This document shows positions 10,376 to 20,925 of a stretch of DNA of 27,050 nucleotides, in pieces (the first letter of the stretch is position 1; the number at the start of each line of letters is the position of its first letter). The notes under the pieces were generated by a model, which was given only the letters and a program-made list of their open reading frames with translations, had not been told where the DNA came from and searched no databases. Origin of the DNA: Chlorokybus atmophyticus. Taxonomy: Eukaryota > Plantae > Mesostigma and Chlorokybus algae. The translations under genes were made by a program, and so were the position numbers. The DNA is taken from positions 1-27,050 of the forward strand of contig RHPI01002252.1 of NCBI GenBank assembly GCA_009103225.1, read 5' to 3'.

Positions 10376-13190
10376 CTGCAAGCCACCCAGTTGCCCGCAA
10401 TGCAACGATGTAGTCACTGCCCGAAAAGGCTAACTATGCATGCATGCCAATTTCGGTATCAAAGAGTACTGCGAGGTGTTGAAGGCGGTAGCTGCGCACG
10501 CCTCTTCCGCCAGCCGCACTAGTACTGTAAAGTACCGTACAGGCTGTAACGCCGGGCATAATAAAAAGTTTTCAAAACGTTACGCCTCCCCTCGTGGCAG
10601 CGACTTTTGCTGCTATTACCTGATGGGTTACTACATCGAGCTTCGGGCACAGGTTCGAACCCCGTTACGTGCGTATGGGCGGCGGGGGGATGATTCCCAG
10701 GGTTGATGCGCTGGTCAATCACGCGCGGTTTTGCGGTGAGCTGCGGAGCTTTGATATCTTACCGATGCAGGTAGGCACTGTTGTAGTGAAACATAGATTG
10801 GAAGCTGCGGATTAACGCTGAGAGAAATGCAACGTTTGAGTTAATACTAGCTTGGCCGGTAACCGTACTCGTATGGGTACATGTCGCATTTCATACCCAT
10901 TACATCAATTGGTTGAGTTCACAATACATCAAACTAAATTTCGGGAGGATTGCCGACACCGTTATCTAACCGGTTTAATTATAACCACGGTCAACTACTC
11001 AATCAGTTGACCGTAGTAAATTATTTACTGCGCCGCGCTGCGGCAGGCCGCGATTGCCAGACAGCCGCCAAAGTTGCGAGTCCCGCCGATTTCCTTGCCA
11101 AAATCGCGCATAACTTCTAACACAAGTGTCCGAAAATCACAAAATTACTTTTACGTTGTATTGCTCGAATTACAACTTGATATAAGCATTGCTATAATGA
11201 ATGCATTACGATTTTAGAGATACACCGCGGCCGAAACAGTCCGATATTTGGTATCTCAAAAAAACCATATATGCAGAAGAGTATCGTAGTCAGCGTAGCA
11301 GTAATAATAAACTATAAAACCGTCACACCTCGAGGCGAAATTTGCTGTCATGAGTGGTGCTCCCCTCATGGCAGCGAATTTTGATGCCATGACCCCAGTG
11401 GGTTGTTACACGCAGGGCGTAGTTGGTGCGACCTAACCTAGCAATGGCACGGCAAATGCGGGCGATGCGATGCATCCGCAAGGACAGGGGGCGAGCGGTG
11501 ACGTGACCGCTGCGCCCCAAGGCTCCAGCTGTGCTAAAGAGGCGACAAGCGAGGCTTTCATCGATGCAAGAGGCTGCAACTTTTGCTTTGGCTTCAATCA
11601 GAGCTCCGACGCTAGTCAGGACGGGGCGTGGGGCTGCGATGGTTGAGGACGCGCAACCAACTGCGAAAGGGGGAGCGGGGGAATTTTCTTGAAGGTACGG
11701 CCTCGCAGCGGGGCCCATCTGCGCCTCAAGGACTAGTAACGGCGGGGAGAGTGCGAAGAACATGCTATGTGTAATTTGCACTTGGCGTCTTCACACGATG
11801 CACCGCCTCTCACATACTCTGACTCAGTTATGAGGGCGTGACGTGTCCATTTCATGCATAGCGGAAAGGACTCGTGACTTGATGCGTCCCACCGCGTTGT
11901 GTCGTCGGCATTGCATTGCGGCTTGCTCAAGCAGACAAATAACCAATCATAAAGGCGTAGAGCTTGCTTGCTTATTCACCTGACGCAAATCGTCCACACT
12001 ATGCGTTGTCCACAATCACTCCGCCGACACGATGCCCAGTCGCTGCTCCAAGCGTGCAGGTCCACGGCTCGCAAGCTGACGTCGAGGCGCTATATGCAAT
12101 TCCCTTCCAATGGTGGCACAAGCCAGGTGTTTGCTCAATTGTTGGGAGCGTCACTGTCTACCATGGCTTGTGACCTTTAGCTGAGCAGGCTGCTGCATGC
12201 CAATAACCCGCCCTGCTTTAAACATTGCTTACGGTATCAACGACTACGCCAGGGGCGCCAAGAGCAACAACAACAAGGGCGATGAGGCCGCCATGCTCAA
12301 AGATATGGAGAGGGAGGTCGTTTCTGACTGGCCCATGCCTGCTGCCAAGCGGCCAGTTTAAGCTCAGCTGACTGGCTCTTCGGTGGGGGAGGCAGCTGTC
12401 GCATCGCCGTTGAGACAGCCGGCGGCGGCAAGTGGGCTTTCTGTAGTCTGGTCACTTGTGCATGCGGCACTGCGTGGCACGTCCAGTGCCTCACATAGAC
12501 AAGCTCAGCTCCTCAGCAGCGTTTGTTGTTGAGGAGCTTCGCAGCAGGCCCTTGCGCTGCTCGACCAATTGGCTTGCTGCTCAACATGCGTTGCCAAAGC
12601 AAAGCAAGTACCACTCTACACTGTGGTGCACGTACACGTAGGCCTATTCTCGATTCGAGGCTCAAGCACGCCGGGCCGGCCTGGGGAGGGACGCAGTACG
12701 GGCAAGCGGCCTTAGGAATCTGTCTGCCAGTAGCACGGATGAAGCGCATGCGACCTGGCTTTCTTTATTTCGACATGTTGTTTCGCTACATGTGTCCGCA
12801 TGTTGAGCAGCGACCCCATTGGCCGAGCAGCGCAACAGGCGAAAGCTCCTCAGCAACGCACGGCGTAATCTGGGCATCACGCCTGATGTCGCGCGGAGGC
12901 GGCCAAGCCAAATAAGTACGTACTAGGCTATATGCCCACTGTACCTGTAGTACCTCCAAGATCCAAGGAAAGCGGCCTTTATACATGTAGACTTAGGTAG
13001 CCTACGGCGTGTTGCCCAGATTACGCCGTGGGGTGCACTTGCTCGCTTGTCGGGAATCCAATATCTCAAGGGTAAAAAGGCCTGGCTTTCTGCACTTGTG
13101 ACTACCGCTGTTGTCGCGGCCACTCCGCTCGCCCGCCTCGCCTACCGTCCCGCAAAGCTCAGCCGCTCCTGAGTGCTAGCAGACAATCTG

Positions 13191-13193
13191 GTA

Positions 13194-13239
<46 letters not shown>

Positions 13240-13316
13240 TGTGAGAGTGTACATGTGGTCGCTCAGTCCTGTGTCCACCTGCAGCTTTTACTTACTCTGC
13301 GTTGGTCTCAGTGCAG
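13191..13316 (+). other. Probable 5'-UTR intron of the secreted-protein gene, containing (GT)20 at 13197-13236
   Basis: Donor GTAAGA at 13191 and acceptor gtgcAG at 13311-13316, one base before the ATG at 13318. Confidence 0.6.
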
Positions 13317-13317
13317 G

Positions 13318-14920
13318 ATGGCCTCTCGATGGCGTTGTGCTCCGCAAGTCTTTGCGCTGCTGTGGACGCTCCTGTGCGTGCTGCTGTTGTCGCTGCCGGT
13401 CACATCAGCTGCAGTCTGTGGCAACGACAACTGTATATGCAACTGCAACAACCTCTGCAACCGTGTCTCCCTATATTGTGGCTGCACAGGCGATTGTCCC
13501 AAACCGACACAAGACTGTGTAGGCGGGGGTTGCGGCGTCAATTGCATGCCTGGCAACGGCATGTGCACTTCATCCGGAGGCGCACTCCCCTGCACCTGCA
13601 CCGCCTCCCACGGCGACCCTCACCTCACTGGCTTCCAGGGGCAGCGCTTTGACTTTCAGGGCGTCCGGGGCCTCCCGCAATCGAACTACGCCTTTCTATA
13701 CGACCCAACCTCCCGCATCTGGGTCGGCGTCACGCTCGTCTCCAGGCCCCTTCAACAAGCTGCAGATGGTAGCCCCTTGTGGGTGACCGTCATCCAAGCC
13801 ATTGGCGTCTCTGTGCCTGCTGCAGCTGCCATTGGAAACAACTCCGCTGGCACCTTCAAGCGCGACCACCACATCATCATCCGGGTATGTATGTCCGGGC
13901 AGCTGCATGCAACACTGTGCCGCTCTCGCTGTGCATGCACATGCACCTGCGCTGTTCTGTGTTCTCACAGCCACCGACATGGCAGGTAGGCGCGACTGCC
14001 TCTGCTGCTGAGGGCCACGACAGTCTTTTGGTGGCCGAGTTTGAAGATGGCACGCGTATAGACTCCTCAGTTAAAACTGCCGACTATGAACTCATCCGTC
14101 TGGAGGTGCGAGCGTGCACGTGTTGTTTGCAAACTGTTATGTTGTCACTGTGTGCTGACGCCAGCTGAGTTTCCTTGACAGGACAAAGTTGTTGCCATTA
14201 AGTTTGTGAACATTGCTTTCTCCGTCGTGGCGAGTCTCGCAGCCCGGCGCACGTCACCATACCTGAACTTGGGCTTCCAAGGACCAGGGTAAGTTCTCCC
14301 CCTGTCTTGCTATCTATCAACACTCTTGCATTGCTGTGGCTTTTCTCTCTGCATATCCTAGCTCATGCTAAACTTGGCTCTCGATTCCCCTCGCAGCTTG
14401 TCTCAGCACACTCATGGCGTCATGGGTGAGTGGAAACGGCCTTGGATGGCCTCGAACTGTTGTTAGTAGTGGTCATCATGTGCACATGCTGCCCCTTGTG
14501 TGATGGTATGATGCTGTTGAAAGTATTGAATGTATCCCTGATCCGTGGCATTTTTATGCAGGTCAAACAGTCCACACCTGGTACAATGCAAGTGGCAGTG
14601 AAGAGTATGGAAATGCGTATGGTCCGAATGGTCACTTCAGTGGCAAATCATCTGATTATAGTACGTACCTTGCATTCTTTATGTTTATCTGCACGTATGA
14701 ACGTACTCGGGCGCTGAAGTTGCAGCAGTCAATGATATGTGCATGTTCTGCAGTGATAAAGAACTTGTTCGATGTGGATTCGTTTGAACAACACCTTCCG
14801 GAGCTTGAGATGGAAGAATCTGTCAAGAACAAGTACGTAGCGAAAGACAAGTACGCTGGGGTTGCACACCATCCCGCCGATGTTGATGCTAACAAGGAAG
14901 GTGCTCGTGATGATGAGTGA
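13318..14920 (+). CDS. Secreted Cys-rich protein with a GDPH VWD-like / root-cap (LEA) domain, 6 exons, 367 aa
   Basis: Exons 13318-13884, 13971-14105, 14182-14288, 14397-14425, 14562-14660 and 14754-14920. All introns are GT-AG, the phases are consistent, and the total is 1104 nt ending in TGA. Hydrophobic signal peptide (about aa 1-31), a 14-Cys segment, GDPHLTGFQGQRFDFQG, and the spliced motifs HGVM|GQT and FSGKSSDY|MIKNLF, which resemble the root-cap family C-terminus. Confidence 0.88.
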
Positions 14921-15055
14921 TCAGCATTTTCTGCTTTAAACAAACGTGAGTAGTGTGTTAAGCACAATGTAGTGCATGTTGTAGCGTGCTAGGTGGGGAT
15001 CTTCCTTACGAAATAGATATCGGAAGATAGTACTGTGAAACCTTCGCGCAGCAGC

Positions 15056-15060
15056 TGTAA
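15056..15060 (+). promoter_or_regulatory. TGTAA chlorophyte-type polyadenylation signal (candidate)
   Basis: First TGTAA downstream of the stop codon, about 135 nt away. UGUAA is the established chlorophyte poly(A) signal, but a 5-mer can occur by chance. Confidence 0.45.
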
Positions 15061-15273
15061 CACCCTTGTACATACACACATGCATCCCACCCATACTTGC
15101 AGACATAGCTTTCAACACGGCTTTGCCAAGACTCCCACTCAGTTTGTAGTTGAATTGACTGTGTGTATATTGCTACTCTAACACGTGTGTCTCACCGATG
15201 CATGCCTCAACCATGATATATGTGCATGGCACTTTGGTCTGCGTGCACATGTATCTTTGTGCATGCATGCATG

Positions 15274-15276
<3 letters not shown>

Positions 15277-15332
<56 letters not shown>
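15277..15332 (+). repeat. (TC)28 microsatellite
   Basis: Read directly from the sequence. Confidence 0.97.
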
Positions 15333-15335
<3 letters not shown>

Positions 15336-17349
15336 TGTGGCTAGAAGTGTGTGCCAGTGCATGTAGATGCCCGCGCTTGCGCGCGTGTGCACACGCATGC
15401 AAGTCTGCAAGTCTGTGTCCTCAGGCGGTTGGAACACTGTTGTGCTCGTTAGCAACGCACGCATGCATATCTCTTTTGCCTGCGAGTGCGCACACCTGCG
15501 CTGTATTCCACTGGGCAAGCAGGGAGGTGAGGTAGGGCGAGAGTATGTGAGCGACTGCTATGCATATGGTTCTTGAGCAATCCCATGACGTTTTTTTCAG
15601 AGGCTGTGTCATACTCAAATCTGATATCAAAGTGCTGCTAATCAACTGCGTATAAGAAACCGACTACAGAAGATTGTACCAGACTAGACGTACTCGCCGC
15701 ACTTGCCCACAACGAGAAAATCTGCTTGGCTCGTCTAACCCCGCCGTGAAATACCAAACTTGTACGCTTCTGCAGTTTACAGCCATATATACAATCAGAA
15801 CAACATGAACACATAATCACTTGCAGTCACCATCTGCGCGCGTGCGCGCGCGTGTGTGCCTCCTCTTGCACTGGTAACGATGTTGCAGCAGCATAATGGT
15901 GGTAACGATGTTGCTGCAGCAGCACTCACGACCAGAACCCTGCAACCTGCAACTGGAAACGGGATGCTTAAAGCTGCAAGCAAACCATGCATGCATGCAT
16001 ATGCTAATGCTGCTACGCTCATGCCCTGACCTGCTGTTTAGCGCGTCCGGCCCGTCTTTTTGCCGTGTAAGTGTCGTTGAACCCATTGCATAGTGCAGAA
16101 GTGACGTACGATCCACCCGTAACGGGACTTTGTCATCCTCGCAGACCCAACGCCTATCTCCCTGGCATGGACCTGCCAGTAGCTTTGCAACTTGCAAAGC
16201 TATTGGCAGGTTCACAGGTATGGGCCATACCTGGGGATGTGTTGCTGCCGTTCGCTGCAAGCTCAGTCTCTGGCAGCGCCAACGCCATGTAGAAGTACAG
16301 CAAAGACTGCAATGTACGGCGAGCAAGGGTGAGAGGTGTCGGCAGCAATGAAAGGGCATGTTTTTTGACAATGCAAAAGACTAGCGCTCGATGCAGCTCT
16401 CGTGCAGCGAGCTCATCTGGCACAGAGTGATTGGTACAGATGCACTCCTTGTGGTTGCGCATCCAATGCAACAATCAAATGGGAGAGATTTCAGGGAAAT
16501 CACAGCTAACCAATGCTGTTGGAATACAATTATTGTCAAAGGATTCCGTGCAAGCTTGTGCACTGCATTGTTCCAGGCTACGTGAACAGAGCCAACTAAT
16601 CAGTGACACGCAATGCCAGTGTCTGTCAATGCTATAGGTTATGGTAGCTTTGACGAGTTCATAGCACAAAGTCTACAAGTGCACGCAGACACTGGGAAAA
16701 GCAAGCCTATTTGCCGCCATTGAAAGACAAAGCATGCATGCAACTAACACTAAGCTTGCTGGCAACACCTACGCACGTGCTAACCCATGCCTTAGCCGTC
16801 AGTAGTCAACTATAAGTAGTAACTGCAAAAAACAGCAAGCAACATGATCACTTAGGAAGCAAAGCGTCAACAACGAAGCCAGCACAAGCACTCCAACAAC
16901 TAACGTTAAAGTGCTACAACTAGTTGAGTAGCAAGCAACTTCCAACAAGGGCAGCAGCAAGCATACGGTTGTCATCAATAGAAATTTAAGCTTTGTGACA
17001 AAGCTACTGCGCCATCAATACATATGGCAATGTGCTACAGCAAGCAATTCTCAACCAAGGTGGTTGAGAATTGCTAGCTGCTTAGCTATATATATATATT
17101 CTTCCAGCTGTATGCATACAGCTGGAAGCATATTGCATGCAGCTCGGTTGAGCTGGAAAGCATACAGGCACCAATGAAACAAATCTAGCAAGCAGTCTAT
17201 GTTTCTATTTGAGCATGCAACAGATCTTTGATTACAAGTTCAAGGCAAGAAAACTAGCGTACAGGATACCTACCTGGTCAAACAGACAAACTACACAGCA
17301 CGACTATTGCTAAGATGCCTAGCAGGCAGCAACTATGGCATCCACGCAA

Positions 17350-18560
17350 GCCATTGAGGGGGAAGAGATTGAGCCAGAGACCGCGCAATGAACGGAATTA
17401 CCTCTCTATAAGAGCATGAACCGCTTAGAGGGCCTGCTTCCTCCTATCTTCCTTGAGTGGAGTGATAAGAACTGCCACTCACTCCTCCCAAGCACGAACA
17501 GTCAGGCCCTGGAGAAACTTGGCTTTGAGAACACCCGCTGGGGGGAGGCGTGGCCGTAGCAAAGAGAGCGCCGAAAACACCAAAGGCACCACGGTGCCAG
17601 AGGGCACACTGCTCCCGATACCTGTGACAGATGGCCCGGGAGGGACGCTGTGCTCACCCCGAACAATACTGAAGGAATTGAGAGATCAACAGTCACCCCG
17701 AAAGAGATAAAGAGAGCGGCGACCCAAGCCCACAGAGCTGAGGCAGCCGGGCATTGCACAAAGATATGCAAGGTGGTTTCCACCATCCCCGAGCCACAAG
17801 TCATACGCGAAGGGACAGCGTCTAGGTGCTGCAAGCGTTTGGCCGTGTTGAGGGCGTCGTCGGCACTGCCTTTGAATCAGCCACAAGAGACTGCATTGCT
17901 TGCCAGCAATGGAGAGTTTGTGCAGGGTCTTCTAGATGTGCGGCCAAGGAAGTGCGAGCTGGAGAAAAGCCCAGCGTTTTAAACCACGCATGTCATGCGG
18001 GTTCGAATACAAATAAATAAAATCATAAACCATTGACGCCTCTCCTCAGTGTAGCGCTTTTGCTACGATGACATAGTGGTTGTTACATCGGTATTCAAAG
18101 CTGAGGGTATGGGTTTGAATCTCACTGCATGCGGATGGGTGAGAAAGGCGACCATACTTGATATTTTCGGCCATTAAGTCGAAGCCCAGGTCGCACCACG
18201 CGCGGCTGCGCGCTGAGTCATGTGGCCTTTGTGACTCGCCGATACGGGCCCTGTTGGGCGCAACTTTTGTACACGGGACGCGGACAGGTCGCTGCGGGTT
18301 AACGCCGGAAGGAATGTCACGCGATACCAAATACAAATAGATACAAATTATAAACCCTCGACGCCTCTCTTCATCGTAGCGCTTTTGCTATAATAATCTA
18401 GAGGTTGTTACAGCGCACCAATTGCACAGCAGGGCGTGTAAGAGGATGGTAGTCGAGGCGGGAGTAGTTCCACAGCTGATGGGGTGACTCTCTGAAGTTT
18501 CCCCTGACCAGCAAGCGGAGCCAGAGTCGCAATGCAGCTCCCAAAGCAATAGCACTGTAA
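17350..18560 (-). mobile_element. L1/Tx1-clade LINE relic, ORF2 C-terminus (zf-RVT), interrupted by the TRIM
   Basis: The minus strand reads PWPHI*KTLHKLSIAGKQCSLLWLIQ / DDALNTAKRLQHLDAVPSRMTCGSGMVETTLHIFVQCPAASALWAWV, i.e. the W..IWK...LLW and ET..H.F..CP.A..LW pattern of zf-RVT. Frameshifted. The ends and the part beyond the TRIM (18413-18560) are approximate. Confidence 0.8.
17991..18412 (+). mobile_element. TRIM-like miniature LTR retrotransposon, 422 bp
   Basis: Direct repeats at 17991-18087 (97 bp) and 18315-18412 (98 bp), both TGTCA...TTACA, about 80% identical (19 mismatches, 1 gap). PBS-like TCGGTATTCAAAGC at 18088-18101, polypurine GGAAGGAA at 18307-18314, flanks ACGCA/GCGCA (5-bp TSD with 1 mismatch), and a 227-bp non-coding interior. 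Confidence 0.8.
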
Positions 18561-18574
18561 GGGGCATTCAAGTC

Positions 18575-18858
18575 ATTAAAGTAAAGGTGCTAGGTCGACA
18601 CCTGGGGGTAGCGGATATAGGCCAATTGGTGCTTCAAAGTAAGACGGGAGAAGGTGTGCACATGGTGGAGCTGAAAGAGGTCTTTTATGTTCCGGGTGCA
18701 TATGCTAGCCTCTTCTCCATGACGGTCGCATTAAAGACTGAAGCCACACTGTCAAGAGAAAGAGAAGAACTTCGTTTGATATTGATGATAAAATTTGTCT
18801 CATCGCGAGAGAACAGCAAGGAGGGCTCTACCAGATACAACAGGCAGAAACTAACGAG
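18575..18858 (+). mobile_element. Ty1/Copia pol fragment (protease C-terminal beta-barrel to pre-integrase)
   Basis: IGQLVLQSKTGEGVHMVELKEVFYVPGAYASLFSMTVALK followed, after a frameshift, by DDKICLIAREQQGGLYQI. This fits the Copia pattern L.DVLYVP....NL.SV ... A.R..GLY.L. Confidence 0.7.
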
Positions 18859-20924
18859 GCGCTGATGGCGATAGTGGTGTCATACACCAGCTGGAGCAAT
18901 AACAGCGCCGAGGCCAACTACAACAGCTACGAGGGCGAGTGCCTCGCTGCAGTACGGGCCATCTCCTTCTTCCGGCCCTTCCTCCTCGGCCGACGGTTTC
19001 AATTCATCACTGACTATCAGCCACTCAAGTGGTTGATGACCAACAAGCACTTGACAGGCAAACTTGCCCAAAGGGCACTGTTGTTACAAGAATACGACTT
19101 TGAGATCAATCATTGCGCCAGCCTCACAAACTAAGACGCCGATGGGCTCAGCTGTACCCCCCACCTCAGCACCAACCAATGACGCAACCGGAGCTCGACA
19201 CGAGCTCGATAATTGCAGCCCCTACAATGGCTACCATATTCGCTTCCAACGCGCTGCGCTCGGGGCGCAAGACCAACACCGCTGCTACAGTCGATGCAGA
19301 GGAGATGCCTGCCCTTGAGCCAACCAGCCGTGCAGCAAACGTGGAAGACACTTGCGTCATCGACGCCAAGATCAATGACACAGAGCTGGCACCCACCGAT
19401 ATCAAACAGTTAATATGGCTGAACAATCTATCCCTCTCTTTCCTTCAGAGTGGCCAGCTCCCCGCCGGCATAAATGCGCGCGAAAAGGACCGCGTCAACC
19501 AGCGCACGCAGCAATCCCGATGGGCAAATGACAAGCTATATTGTCGTCTTCATGGTGAAAACAAAGAAGTGCCCACACGAGCCACACGTGAGGGCATCAT
19601 CATCATCGCTGCCCTCCACACCGAGTTGGGACATTTCAATGTCAAATGGATAGGCAGTCTGGTGCGAGCACAATATTGGTGGCATTGGTTGTACAAGCAA
19701 GTGCAGGAATTCGTGAGACCACTGCCAACAGTGTGACATGGTGCGCGCCAGCCTCAACACACGCAGCGCCACTCTGCACTCTCTCCCCATCTCCGGCCTC
19801 TTTTATCGATGGGGGCTCGACATCTTGGGAGACTTGTTACCTTCGGCACGCGGCAACCATTACATCCTTGTGATGATTGAGCACTTTACTAAATGGGTGG
19901 AGCTGGTGCCACTGCCTGACAAAAACAGTAAGGGGGTGTCTTAAGCCTTCATCTCTCACGTCCTCAGCCGGTTTGGCAGCTACGCTGAGGTCATCACCGA
20001 CCAAGGCACTGAGTTCAGAGGGAAGTTCGACACCCTCTGGGACAGATGCTACATTGACCATCGCCGTACCTCGCGTGACCACCCTTAAGCCGATGGCCTC
20101 GCCGAGCATACGGTGCAGACCATCAAGAAGGCACTCCGCAAGTACGTGTTAGAGTATCAAGAAAACACCTGGGATGACCACCTCCCGTGGGTGGCTCTCG
20201 GGTGTTGACTATCAAAGCAAGCAGCACTGCGCGAGTACAACCCATAGTACTTGCTGTCCGGGCGACAGCCACTGCTTCCCTTCCGTGCACAGCAGGAGGT
20301 GAATCGGGTGGCGAACAACCTCAATAACCCCAACTGGACCACATCACAACGCATGCAGCCATGTTCGACCGCACCGTTCCCATGGCCTTTACCAACTTGC
20401 GCGTAGCACCGTAACATGCTGCGCTACAAGGGCCTGCGCAGTGGTTTCTACAAGGAACGACAACGTCGGTTCCAAGCAGGAGACTTTGTCTACCGCATGG
20501 AAGCCACCCACACACACACTTGATATCTCCATCAGCGATACTGTTTACAAGGTACTGAAAGTGTACCCCACAAGTCCTCTGGACCTCCTTGGCTAAAACG
20601 GCCAAAGGTTGAAGGACAACATGGTGAACTGCGCGCCCTGTCACCCCATACGTAGCTGGGTTCGTGCGCATCACCCACCCTTGCCCCACGTGCAGCACAC
20701 ACTGTGAGCGTTGTAGCAGTGCCGCCGACGACCCATTAATGATGCTCTGCGATGGCTGCAACAAAGGGCTGCACTGCTATTGTCTAAAGCCCCCAATGGA
20801 TGCAATGCCCATGGAGGAGTATTGGTGCGATGACAATACGCGCCAACACGCATCCACACTTGCGTTGGGAGCTGAGCTCTGGAGCTTAGACCTCCTCAGA
20901 AGCTCAGGGGGGGTGGCTTGTTGA
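18859..20924 (+). mobile_element. Ty3/Gypsy pol relic: RNase H - integrase (HHCC, DDE) - PHD finger
   Basis: RNase H: VVSYTSWSNNSAEANYNSYEGECLAAV...TDYQPLKWLM...LQEYDF...N*DADGLS. Zinc-binding domain: LHTELGH...YWW...CQQC (after a frameshift). Catalytic core: WGLDILG...ITDQGTEF...DGLAEHTVQTIK. In-frame stops at 19132, 19942, 20086, 20206 and 20245. Confidence 0.95.
20703..20837 (+). other. PHD zinc finger at the integrase C-terminus
   Basis: CERC...MMLCDGCNKGLHCYCLKPPMDAMPMEEYWCDDN matches C4HC3 spacing; the last Cys is missing. Confidence 0.9.
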
Positions 20925-20925
20925 C
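20906..20925 (+). other. Candidate polypurine tract and start of the 3' LTR of the Gypsy relic
   Basis: AGGGGGGG at 20906-20913, then TG at 20919, right at the end of pol. No second LTR in the window to confirm it. Confidence 0.4.

Noticed and set aside
10640-10675. GGTTCGAACC B-box-like word as a tRNA
   Set aside because: No A box or cloverleaf at a suitable distance on either strand.
7623-11044. GCCGC/GCGGC hairpins as Helitron 3' ends
   Set aside because: No CTRR terminus about 10-12 nt from the hairpins on either strand and no Rep/helicase sequence.
11323-12750. ORFs of 65-152 aa on both strands
   Set aside because: No recognisable motifs and I could not build a consistent splice model; possibly decayed exons.
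13199-13317. N-terminal VCVC extension of the 262-aa ORF; ERER/LSLS ORFs at 3678-4276 and 15178-15535
   Set aside because: Translations of microsatellites; the real start is the ATG at 13318.
15800-16474. 184-aa minus-strand ORF and splice-like sites
   Set aside because: No frame gave a recognisable protein or a stop-free spliced model.
6665-20260. Alternative genetic code (TAA/TAG = Gln) suggested by stops at Gln positions in TE relics
   Set aside because: About 20 Gln codons in the two intact host genes are all CAA/CAG with no in-frame TAR; C>T decay explains the TE stops, and other stops fall at Trp, Arg or Tyr positions.
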